Source: a bacterium HR10
GTDB taxonomy: Bacteria > Acidobacteriota > Blastocatellia > HR10
NCBI GenBank assembly: GCA_002923315.1
Contig: BEHM01000009.1
Coordinates: 6,571-70,570, forward strand
Length of the DNA: 64,000 nt
Direction of reading: 5' to 3'
The notes beneath the pieces are model-generated. The model was given only the letters and a program-made list of their open reading frames with translations, searched no databases and was not told the DNA's origin. Both the position numbers and the translations under genes were made by a program. Positions 56,669-64,000 of the stretch are shown here, in pieces. Positions within the stretch are counted from its first letter, which is position 1. Each line of letters begins with the position of its first letter.

Positions 56669-56968
56669 TCATTTCTTCGCCGGCAGGACGGAGTCCTTCA
56701 GGGTCTTGGCGATCCGAAACCGCAAGACCGTCTTGGCCGGGATCTTAATGGGCTCTCCGGTCCGCGGATTTCGGCCCATGCGAGCCTTCCGCTTGGAGAG
56801 GACGAATTTGCCGAGTCCCGGGAGCGTGAAGACACCCGCTTTCTTCACCTCTTTGGCCACGAGCGCTGACAATTCATCCAGGAAACTGCGAGCGGTCGCT
56901 CGGTTGACGCCGAGTTTCTCCGCCAGTTGTCCCACAAGTTGAGCCTTCGTCAGTCCCTTTTTCGCCAT
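56669..56968 (-). CDS. hup: HU/IHF-family nucleoid-associated DNA-binding protein
   Basis: 'LTKAQLVGQLAEKLG...', 'FTLPGLGKFVLSKRKARMGRNPRTGEPIKIPA'. Confidence 0.9.
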   Translation of the reverse strand: MAKKGLTKAQLVGQLAEKLGVNRATARSFLDELSALVAKEVKKAGVFTLPGLGKFVLSKRKARMGRNPRTGEPIKIPAKTVLRFRIAKTLKDSVLPAKK

Positions 56969-57026
56969 ATCCTCCTCCTCTCGCTTGAGATGCTCACCGC
57001 ACGAGCGCCCCTATCTTAGCACGAAA

Positions 57027-57650
57027 TCACGAGCGCGTCACCGACAGGGCTTCTTCCTCAGGGACTTCGCGCCGGTGCAGGACCTTATCAATCAGGCCGT
57101 AGGCGACGGCTTGATCGGCCGTGAGGATGAAATCGCGCTCCACGTCTCGCTCGATCTGTTCGAGCGTGCGCCCAGTATGCTTGGCCAGCAGCGAGCTGAT
57201 CAGGCGTCGCAGGCGCATCAACTCTTCAGCGTGGATGCGAATGTCGGTGGCCTGACCGGAGACGCCGTAGATATACGGCTGGTAGATCACGATTCGAGAG
57301 CTGGGGAGCGCATATCGCTTCCCCGGGGCTCCGGCCGCCAGCAGCAGGGCGGCGATCGCTTCCGCCTCCCCCGTGCAGATCGTCGCCACGTCGGGGCGGA
57401 TGAATTGCATGGTATCGTAGATGGCGAGGCCTGCCGTGAGCGACCCCCCCGGGCTGTTGATGTAGAGGTTGATGTCCCGATCCGGGTCCTCGGCCTCGAG
57501 ATAGAGCAGTTGCGCGATGATCAGATTGGCCACCTGATCGTCAATGGGAGTGCCCAGGAAGACGATGCGCTCCTTCAAGAGGCGAGAATAGATGTCGTAG
57601 GCGCGTTCGCCGCGACTGGTCGTCTCAACCACGATCGGCACAAAGTGCAT
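57027..57650 (-). CDS. ClpP-family paralogue lacking the catalytic Ser and His (ClpR-like, predicted proteolytically inactive)
   Basis: Collinear with ClpP ('[29 protein letters not shown]', 'LYINSPGGS', '[12 protein letters not shown]'). However '[11 protein letters not shown]' replaces GQAASMGAFLL (Ser to Ala98, codon 57357-57359) and 'RIVIYQP' replaces RVMIHQP (His to Tyr123, codon 57282-57284). The Asp in 'VERDF' is retained. Confidence 0.85.
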   Translation of the reverse strand: MHFVPIVVETTSRGERAYDIYSRLLKERIVFLGTPIDDQVANLIIAQLLYLEAEDPDRDINLYINSPGGSLTAGLAIYDTMQFIRPDVATICTGEAEAIAALLLAAGAPGKRYALPSSRIVIYQPYIYGVSGQATDIRIHAEELMRLRRLISSLLAKHTGRTLEQIERDVERDFILTADQAVAYGLIDKVLHRREVPEEEALSVTRS

Positions 57651-57693
57651 AACCTCACCTCCCGCTCTGCAATTTTAGCATGAATCGGCGCTC

Positions 57694-57708
57694 TGGCAAT
57701 CGCTGCCA
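57694..57708. promoter_or_regulatory. perfect palindrome TGGCA-N5-TGCCA in the divergent clpP-like / sigma-54-activator intergenic region
   Basis: 'TGGCAatcgcTGCCA'. On the minus strand TTGCCA serves as a -35 (16-nt spacer) for a TAAAAT -10 at 57672-57677, upstream of the clpP-like gene. Confidence 0.4.
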
Positions 57709-57782
57709 CGTGTTCTCGCGGCCTGTCGGAGCCTTGCTTTTCGAGGAGAAATCGGCTATCACTCGCAAAAAGTGAAGCGGTC

Positions 57783-59321
57783 ATGAGGAGCGAGGTGAAT
57801 CAAGACGTTCAGAAGCTGGCGACGCTGCTCAACATCAGCCAGACGCTGGGGACGACGCTCAACCTGCGACAGGCTTTGCTGCGGGTGCTGGAGATCCTGG
57901 AGGAGAATCACGGCGTGGTCTCCGGTGTGATCGCCCTGTTGGAGGAGAGCGGCGAGGAGGTGGTCATCGAGGTCTCGGTGGGGCTGACGCGCGAGGCGCA
58001 ACAGCGCGGTCGCTACCGGGTGGGCGAGGGGATCATCGGGCGCGTCGTCGAAAGTGGCAAGCCCATCGTCGTCCCCAAGGCGAGCCAAGAGCCGCTCTTC
58101 TTGGACCGCACGGGCGTGCTCCGAGCCTCTCGCGAGGAGCTGACCTTCATCTGCGTGCCCGTCTCCGTGGATCAGCAGACGATCGGCGCCATGGGCGTGG
58201 TGCTCCCCTATCGCCCGGATCGCGACTACGATCAAGCCACGAAGTTCTTCAGCGTCGTCGGCTCGATGGTGGCGCAGGCGGTGAAGGTGAATCAGCTCAT
58301 CGAGGCCGAGAAGCGCCGCCTGATGGACGAGAACCTCGCCCTGCGCCGAGAGTTGCGGGAGCGCTACGACTTCAGCAATATCATCGGCACGAGCCGCCCG
58401 ATGCAGGAAGTCTACGCGCAGGTCGCGCAGGTCGCTCGCACGAATACAACCGTCCTCATTCGGGGGGAGTCGGGAACGGGGAAGGAGTTGATCGCGCGCG
58501 CGATCCATTACAATTCGCTGCGGGCCGATCAACCGTTCATCAAGGTCAGTTGCGCCGCTCTGCCCGAGAGCCTCATCGAGGCCGAGCTGTTCGGATATGA
58601 GAAGGGGGCGTTCACCGGGGCCTACGCGCGGAAGAAGGGGCGGTTCGAGCTGGCCGATCGGGGGACGCTCTTCCTGGATGAGGTCGGCGATCTCCCCCTC
58701 TCGGTCCAGGTCAAGCTCTTGCGCGTGCTGCAGGAACGGGAGTTCGAGCGGCTCGGCGGGACCGAGACGATCAAAGTGGATGTGCGATTGATCGCCGCCA
58801 CCAATCGCGACCTCGAGCAGGCCATGCGCGAGGGGACATTCCGCGAGGACCTCTATTATCGCCTGAACGTGTTCACGATCTTCCTCCCCCCACTTCGAGA
58901 GCGGAAGTCGGACATCCCGCTTCTGGCCGATCACTTCCTGGAGAAGTACGCCCGCTTGCATGGCAAGGACATCCGGCGCATTTCGACGCCCGCCATTGAT
59001 ATGCTCATGAGCTACCATTGGCCGGGGAATGTTCGCGAATTGGAGAACTGCATCGAACGCGCCGTGCTCGTCTGCGAGGGGAGCGTGATCCACAGCCATC
59101 ACCTGCCCCCCACGCTGCAGACGGCGGAGGCGTCGGGAACCGTCCCCCGCCTCTCCTTGAGCGAGGCCGTGGCCGCCTATGAGAAGGACTTGATCCTCGA
59201 TGCCCTGAAGACGGCCCGAGGGAATATCTCGCGCGCCGCGCGCCTGTTGAATACCACGAAGCGCATCCTCGGCTATAAGGTCAAGAAGTACGGGATCAAT
59301 CCTCGTCGGTTCAAAGAGTAG
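57783..59321 (+). CDS. sigma-54-dependent transcriptional activator (GAF sensor + AAA+ + Fis-type HTH; NifA-like architecture)
   Basis: N-terminal GAF-like region, '[19 protein letters not shown]', 'GAFTGA' loop ('[10 protein letters not shown]'), 'LFLDEVGDL', C-terminal '[26 protein letters not shown]'. Confidence 0.9.
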   Translation: MRSEVNQDVQKLATLLNISQTLGTTLNLRQALLRVLEILEENHGVVSGVIALLEESGEEVVIEVSVGLTREAQQRGRYRVGEGIIGRVVESGKPIVVPKASQEPLFLDRTGVLRASREELTFICVPVSVDQQTIGAMGVVLPYRPDRDYDQATKFFSVVGSMVAQAVKVNQLIEAEKRRLMDENLALRRELRERYDFSNIIGTSRPMQEVYAQVAQVARTNTTVLIRGESGTGKELIARAIHYNSLRADQPFIKVSCAALPESLIEAELFGYEKGAFTGAYARKKGRFELADRGTLFLDEVGDLPLSVQVKLLRVLQEREFERLGGTETIKVDVRLIAATNRDLEQAMREGTFREDLYYRLNVFTIFLPPLRERKSDIPLLADHFLEKYARLHGKDIRRISTPAIDMLMSYHWPGNVRELENCIERAVLVCEGSVIHSHHLPPTLQTAEASGTVPRLSLSEAVAAYEKDLILDALKTARGNISRAARLLNTTKRILGYKVKKYGINPRRFKE

Positions 59322-59394
59322 TCCGGGGCGGGTGCATCGCGCATCAGGGCGGACGCCTGTCGTCTCGCGCGAGCGCTGTCCCCGGGAGCACGCG

Positions 59395-59423
59395 TTGACA
59401 GTGGACGCGAGCTCTGATATATC
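59395..59423 (+). promoter_or_regulatory. sigma-70-like promoter for the S9 peptidase gene
   Basis: TTGACA, 17 nt, TATATC. Confidence 0.4.
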
Positions 59424-59490
59424 CCTTGGCTCCCTGCACATAGGGGGCATCATTGCCCTGGGGGGGAGATTCGAGGCAAGGAGGAGGACT

Positions 59491-61593
59491 ATGATCGGAG
59501 GGCATCGTCTGCGTCGTGGCGTCATCGGGATTCTCCTTTCGGCTGCCCTTGTGAGCGGTCTTCCGGTGATCGCGCGGGATCAGGAGGATCGGCTCACGCC
59601 GATGGATCTTTTCGAGGTGGAGTACGCCAGCGATCCCCAGATCTCGCCCGACGGGCGGTATATCGTCTACGTGCGGCGGGCCAGCGACGTCATGACGGAT
59701 CAGCGGTATTCCAACCTTTGGATCGTCTCCTTCGATGGGAAAGAGCATCGGCCGTTGACGACCGGCATTCATCGGGATACTTCGCCGCGCTGGTCACCCG
59801 ATGGCACGCGGATCGCCTACATCTCGGATCGAGAGGGCTCGCCGCAGATCTACGTGCGGTGGATGGATACGGGACAGGTGGCGCGGATCACCAACGTGCC
59901 GTTCCCGCCGGAGGGGATCGCGTGGTCTCCCGATGGGCGATACCTCTCGTTCGCGATGTTCGTGCCGGAGCCCCCGCGACAGATCGGGAGTTTCCCGTCG
60001 CCGCCTTCCGGAGCCAAGTGGGCGGATCCCGCGATGGTGATTGACCGCCTTGTTTATCGGTTCAACGGCGCGGGGTATTTGAAACCGGGATACACACATC
60101 TGTTCATCGTTCCGGCGGAAGGGGGGACGCCGCGGCAAATCTCCAGCGGGAAATTCCATCACGGTGGCGTCGGCTTCCGCGCCAGCGAGGCCGTGTGGAC
60201 CCCTGACGGGAGAGCGTTGCTCATCTCGGCCAATCGCCGGCCAGATTTTGAGCAGGAGCCGCTCGATACGGAGATCTACGAGTTCTCCATCGCCGATGGC
60301 TCGGTTCGAGCGCTGACCAACCGCCGGGGACCGGACAACGCTCCGGCGATCTCACCCGATGGGCGGTTCATCGCGTACGTCGGCTTCGATGACGCCTATC
60401 AAGGGTATCAGGTGACGCGCCTCTACGTGATGAATCGAGATGGGAGTGGTTCGCGCGTGCTCTCGACTGCGCTCGATCGCGATGTCGTGCGACCCTGTTG
60501 GACCCCGGATGGTCGTGGCCTTCTCTTCCTCTACGATGATCAGGGTACGACGAAACTCGGTCTCTATACATTGGACGGGACTTTCCGGACGCTCGCGACC
60601 CATATCGGGAGCGGAGAGCTCGCCTACAGCATGGGCGGGGCTTTCAGCGTAGCGAAGAATGGTGCTTTCGCCGTGACCTACACGCGTCCGGATGTGCCGG
60701 GTGATATCGCCGTGGGAACGCTCGCCGATCCGACGCTTCGGGTGATCACCGCCTTGAACGCGGACCTCTTCGCGCGGAAGAAGCTGGGGCGCGTCGAGGA
60801 GATCTGGTACACGTCGTCGCTCGACGGGCGAAAGATCCAGGGATGGATCATCACGCCACCGGACTTCGACCCATCGAAGAAGTACCCTCTGATCCTGGAG
60901 ATTCACGGCGGGCCGTTCGCCAACTACGGCGACCGATTCGACGTGGAGAAGCAATTGTGGGCGGCGCGGGGGTATGTCGTCCTCTATACGAACCCGCGCG
61001 GGAGTACGAGCTACGGGGAGGAATTCGGCAACCTGATTCATCACGCCTATCCCGGCGATGATTTCTACGATCTCATGTCCGGTGTGGATGCCGTCATCGC
61101 GCGCGGGTATGTGGATCCGGAGAACCTCTTCGTCACCGGTGGCAGCGGTGGCGGCGTCTTGACCTGTTGGGTGATCGGGCGAACGAATCGGTTTCGGGCT
61201 GCGGCGGCCGCCTATCCCGTGATCAATTGGTATAGTTTCGTGTTGACGGCCGACATCGCCGCCTTCGCCATCAAATATTGGTTCCCCGGATTCCCGTGGG
61301 ATCACGTCCAGCATTACGAGAGGCGATCGCTCTTGTCGGTCGTCAAGAACGTGCGCACGCCGACGCTCATCATCACGGGCGAGGAGGATTATCGCACGCC
61401 CATGTCCGAATCCGAACAGTATTTCACGGCGCTGAAGCTCTTGGGCGTCGAGACGGTGCTCGTGCGCGTTCCCGGAGAACCACATGGGATCATGCGGCGG
61501 CCAAGCCATCACATGGCCAAGATCTTGTACATCGTCAATTGGTTTGACGAGCACCGGAGACGTTCGGGAGCGCGCGCGTCGGATCGGCCCTGA
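59491..61593 (+). CDS. S9-family serine peptidase (acylaminoacyl-peptidase/dipeptidyl-peptidase-like) with N-terminal beta-propeller
   Basis: ATG 59491 follows AAGGAGGAGGA, with a signal peptide. TolB-like repeats ('SPDGRYIVYV', 'SPDGTRIAYIS', 'SPDGRYLSF', 'SPDGRFIAYV'). Nucleophile elbow 'VTGGSGGGVL'. Confidence 0.88.
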   Translation: MIGGHRLRRGVIGILLSAALVSGLPVIARDQEDRLTPMDLFEVEYASDPQISPDGRYIVYVRRASDVMTDQRYSNLWIVSFDGKEHRPLTTGIHRDTSPRWSPDGTRIAYISDREGSPQIYVRWMDTGQVARITNVPFPPEGIAWSPDGRYLSFAMFVPEPPRQIGSFPSPPSGAKWADPAMVIDRLVYRFNGAGYLKPGYTHLFIVPAEGGTPRQISSGKFHHGGVGFRASEAVWTPDGRALLISANRRPDFEQEPLDTEIYEFSIADGSVRALTNRRGPDNAPAISPDGRFIAYVGFDDAYQGYQVTRLYVMNRDGSGSRVLSTALDRDVVRPCWTPDGRGLLFLYDDQGTTKLGLYTLDGTFRTLATHIGSGELAYSMGGAFSVAKNGAFAVTYTRPDVPGDIAVGTLADPTLRVITALNADLFARKKLGRVEEIWYTSSLDGRKIQGWIITPPDFDPSKKYPLILEIHGGPFANYGDRFDVEKQLWAARGYVVLYTNPRGSTSYGEEFGNLIHHAYPGDDFYDLMSGVDAVIARGYVDPENLFVTGGSGGGVLTCWVIGRTNRFRAAAAAYPVINWYSFVLTADIAAFAIKYWFPGFPWDHVQHYERRSLLSVVKNVRTPTLIITGEEDYRTPMSESEQYFTALKLLGVETVLVRVPGEPHGIMRRPSHHMAKILYIVNWFDEHRRRSGARASDRP

Positions 61594-61638
61594 AAGCAGC
61601 GAGGCGCGCTCGTCAAATCCCGATCGAGGAGGTGTGAG

Positions 61639-63192
61639 ATGAGAACCATCCGGTTGATCCTCGTCACCCTCCTGCTGCTCATCAGTGTGAGCCCATTGGG
61701 GTATGGTTTGGCCCGGCCGGGGCTGCCTGAGGAAGGCCTTCAGGACCTGGAGGCGTATATCGCTCGCGCGATGCGCGAATGGGAGGTTCCGGGGCTGGCG
61801 TTGGCCATCGTCAAGGATGATGCGCTCGTGCTCGCCAAGGGATATGGGGTCAAGCGGCTCGGGGAGTCGGCCCCGGTGACCGAACGCACGGTCTTCGCCA
61901 TCGGCTCGGCCTCGAAAGCGTTCACGACGGCGGCGCTAGCCATGCTGGTGGAGGAGGGGAAGATCCGCTGGGATGATCCGGTCATCCGGTACCTTCCGCA
62001 TTTTCAGCTGTTCGACCCCTATGTCACTCGCGAGCTGACGATCCGCGATCTGGTCACGCACCGCAGCGGACTCGAACGCGCCGATCTGCTCTGGTACGGC
62101 ACAGCCTTCGATCGCGAGGAGATCATTCGGCGCCTTCGGTTCTTGCGACCGCGCTGGGGGTTCCGCAGCCATTTCGGGTATCAGAACATCCTCTATCTGG
62201 CCGCCGGTCAGCTCATCCGCGCCGTCACTGGGAAGACGTGGGAGGACTTCATCCGCGAGCGCATTTTCCAGCCTTTGGGAATGACGACGAGCACCACGAG
62301 CGTGAAGGCCTTGCGCGATATTTCGGATGTCGCAACGCCGCATGCGAAGATCGAGGGAGTCGTGCGACCGATCCCGTGGCGGGACATCGACAACATCGCT
62401 CCAGCGGGTTCCATCAACTCCAATGTCCTGGAGATGGCCGAATGGATCCGCGTGCATCTGAACGAAGGGGCGCATCGCGGACAACGGCTTTGGAGCGCCG
62501 CCGCCGAGCGCGAGATGCAGACGCCACAGACGATCATTCGCCCGGAGCCGCCGTATTCCACGCTCTTTCCGGAGGCGCGATTCCTGACCTATGGGCTCGG
62601 GTGGTTCCTCCACGACTATCGAGGCCGGAAGATCGTCGAGCACGGCGGCAATATTGATGGGATGAGCGCCCTGGTCGCCCTCGTCCCGGAAGAGCGGCTG
62701 GGCTTCGTCATCCTCACGAATATGAATGGGACGCTTCTGGTGCACGCGCTCAAGTACCGCATCATGGATGTCTTCTTCGGGGCGCCCTCCAAGGACTGGA
62801 GCGCCGACTTCCAGCAGCGCGCCAAGGCGCTTCAAGAGCAACAGCAAGTGGCCATGAAGAAGATCGAAGACGCGCGCGTTCTCGGAACGAAACCCGCCTT
62901 GCCGCCGGCGCGGTACGTGGGGACGTACGAGAACGAGGTGTATGGGGAAGTGACCGTCCGTGAGGAAGAGGGGCGATTCGTGCTGCGATGGGGAGCGATG
63001 CGCGTGGGCGATCTGGAGCATTGGCACTATGAGACCTTCCGGGTTCGCTGGCGCGATCCCCTCCTGCCTCCGGCTTTTGTGACCTTCGTCCCCGATGTCG
63101 AAGGGGCGGTCGGTGAGTTGAAGATGAAGCTCTCCGGCCTCTTCGAGGACTTGATCTTCCGCCGCGTCCGAGAAGAGGGGCGCGAGCGCTGA
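61639..63192 (+). CDS. beta-lactamase-fold serine hydrolase (class C/PBP-like) with C-terminal lipocalin-like domain
   Basis: Signal peptide. SxxK 'FAIGSASKAFT', 'YQN' ('GYQNILY'). The C-terminal 'YVGTYENEVYGEVTV...' is typical of the DUF3471-type tail as I recall it. Confidence 0.85.
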   Translation: MRTIRLILVTLLLLISVSPLGYGLARPGLPEEGLQDLEAYIARAMREWEVPGLALAIVKDDALVLAKGYGVKRLGESAPVTERTVFAIGSASKAFTTAALAMLVEEGKIRWDDPVIRYLPHFQLFDPYVTRELTIRDLVTHRSGLERADLLWYGTAFDREEIIRRLRFLRPRWGFRSHFGYQNILYLAAGQLIRAVTGKTWEDFIRERIFQPLGMTTSTTSVKALRDISDVATPHAKIEGVVRPIPWRDIDNIAPAGSINSNVLEMAEWIRVHLNEGAHRGQRLWSAAAEREMQTPQTIIRPEPPYSTLFPEARFLTYGLGWFLHDYRGRKIVEHGGNIDGMSALVALVPEERLGFVILTNMNGTLLVHALKYRIMDVFFGAPSKDWSADFQQRAKALQEQQQVAMKKIEDARVLGTKPALPPARYVGTYENEVYGEVTVREEEGRFVLRWGAMRVGDLEHWHYETFRVRWRDPLLPPAFVTFVPDVEGAVGELKMKLSGLFEDLIFRRVREEGRER

Positions 63193-63262
63193 GGGGCTTG
63201 TCTGCAGAAGGGGCATTGTGATAGTCTCAAGCGCGCTGAATCTCAAACTGAGGAGGTGGCCG

Positions 63263-64000
63263 ATGAGGAGGAGCATCATCGCGATCGCCGTACTCGCGCT
63301 CTCGGTCTGCCGGGGCCTCGCGCTCGGGCAGACGGCCGCGACGGCCACCCTGAGCGGGACAGTCTTGGACCCGACGGGGGCTGTCGTCGCAGGCGCCGAG
63401 ATCACCGTGACCGAGACGGCGACCAATGTGAGCCGAACGGTCAAGACCAACGAGAACGGACAATATGTCGTCACGAACCTCTCGCCAGGAGTGTATCGCA
63501 TCACGGCGACGGCCCCGGGCTTCCGCCAGGCCGTCATCTCCGGACTCAAGATTGATGTCGCTCGCGGATACACAGTGAACCTTCAACTGGAGGTCGGCGA
63601 GATCGCCGAGACCGTTGAAGTCACTGCCGGAGCCGGCGTGGAGTTGCAGACCGTGGACGCAACCGTTGGGAATGTCCTCAAAGGGGAAACGCTCCTGCGC
63701 TTGCCTAACATCAATCGCAGCGCTGTCTCGATCTACCTGCTGCAACCGCTGACGATGCCGTATCGGGGCGTGGGCGTCAATGACAACGTGGGCGGGCAGG
63801 TCGCCGGCGCGCGCAGCGATCAGAACACGTTCATCCTCGATGGCGTGGACATCACCGATAACACGGTGGGCACGCACCCGGTGAAACCCTTAAGCAGCGG
63901 GCCGGAGCCGATCATCCCCGTCCCGGTCGAGAGCATTGAGGAGTTCCGCGTGGGCACGACCAATCCCAATGCGACGTTCGGCCGCAGCTCGGGCGGGCAG
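63263..64000 (+). CDS. third CarboxypepD_reg/TonB-dependent-receptor-like protein, 5' part only (runs off the window end)
   Basis: Not in the ORF track because it has no stop in the window. Hand translation from ATG 63263 (AGGAGG 6 nt upstream) gives 'MRRSIIAIAVLALSVCRGLALGQTAATATLSGTVLDPTGAVVAGAEITVTETATNVSRTVKTNENGQYVVTNLSPGVYRITATAPGF...' and stays open to 64000. Confidence 0.8.
   Translation, partial: MRRSIIAIAVLALSVCRGLALGQTAATATLSGTVLDPTGAVVAGAEITVTETATNVSRTVKTNENGQYVVTNLSPGVYRITATAPGFRQAVISGLKIDVARGYTVNLQLEVGEIAETVEVTAGAGVELQTVDATVGNVLKGETLLRLPNINRSAVSIYLLQPLTMPYRGVGVNDNVGGQVAGARSDQNTFILDGVDITDNTVGTHPVKPLSSGPEPIIPVPVESIEEFRVGTTNPNATFGRSSGGQ

Noticed and set aside
57694-57708. TGGCA-N5-TGCCA considered as a sigma-54 (-24/-12) promoter next to the sigma-54 activator gene.
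   Set aside because: The GG-to-GC spacing is 8 nt on either strand, not the invariant 10 nt. It is kept only as a palindromic operator/UAS candidate.
59440-59460. 'TTGGCTCCCTGCACAT' upstream of the S9 peptidase as a sigma-54 promoter.
   Set aside because: The GG/GC spacing is only 6 nt. A well-spaced sigma-70-like TTGACA/TATATC pair at 59395-59423 explains the region better.
63256-63555. Track ORF 63256-63555 (99 aa, 'MADEEEHHRDRR...').
   Set aside because: It is out of frame with the obvious CarboxypepD_reg/TBDR-like reading frame that starts at ATG 63263 and stays open to the window end.
1-64000. Search for tRNA/rRNA genes, CRISPR repeats, IS elements, integrases, and toxin-antitoxin or known defence-system genes.
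   Set aside because: None was recognisable. The intergenic regions are short (mostly under 300 nt) and contain no tRNA-like T-arm motifs, no spaced direct repeats, and no transposase, recombinase or nuclease ORFs.

Overview
This is a GC-rich bacterial chromosomal window. It is densely coded with no rRNA, tRNA, CRISPR array, transposase or integrase that I could find. The repeated giant CarboxypepD_reg/TonB-dependent-receptor-like genes suggest an Acidobacteriota-like genome, but that is inference only.

All calls come from motif recognition in the supplied ORF translations plus manual start-codon and RBS inspection. No database or HMM search was possible. Long antisense ORFs are treated as high-GC artefacts.

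Gene content from left to right:
1. An arabinan/arabinose-utilisation locus at 217-12847: two tandem TBDR-like genes, a GH51 arabinofuranosidase, a GH127 beta-L-arabinofuranosidase and a secreted mutarotase.
2. ETF-ubiquinone oxidoreductase, thiD and an odd multi-HTH protein.
3. An arginine cluster: argH convergent with a minus-strand operon argR-argG-X-argC-argF'-argB. X is an uncharacterised P-loop protein, and the carbamoyltransferase is of the N-acyl-ornithine type.
4. A B12-binding radical SAM gene, a tandem pair of MlaF-like ABC ATPases (one degenerate) and two hypothetical genes.
5. An M14 peptidase, a dehydrogenase, a GH3 enzyme, a rhodanese and rpiB.
6. ilvB-ilvN-ilvC and an O-methyltransferase.
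7. A minus-strand PduO-type adenosyltransferase, a degenerate hydantoinase-like ASKHA protein and a ROK kinase.
8. A roughly 12 kb heavy-metal island: Cys-rich small ORF, TolC-like gene, cusB-like and cusA/czcA-like genes, a CPA-like membrane protein, a tandem-domain periplasmic protein, a small periplasmic protein and copA.
9. hup plus a ClpP paralogue lacking the catalytic Ser and His, and a divergent sigma-54 GAF activator.
10. An S9 peptidase, a beta-lactamase-fold hydrolase and a third, truncated TBDR-like gene.

The most interesting candidates are the P-loop gene X embedded in the arg operon, the ClpR-like pseudoprotease, the asymmetric orphan ABC ATPase pair, the HxH...C tandem-domain protein in the metal operon, and the degenerate ASKHA protein coupled to PduO.
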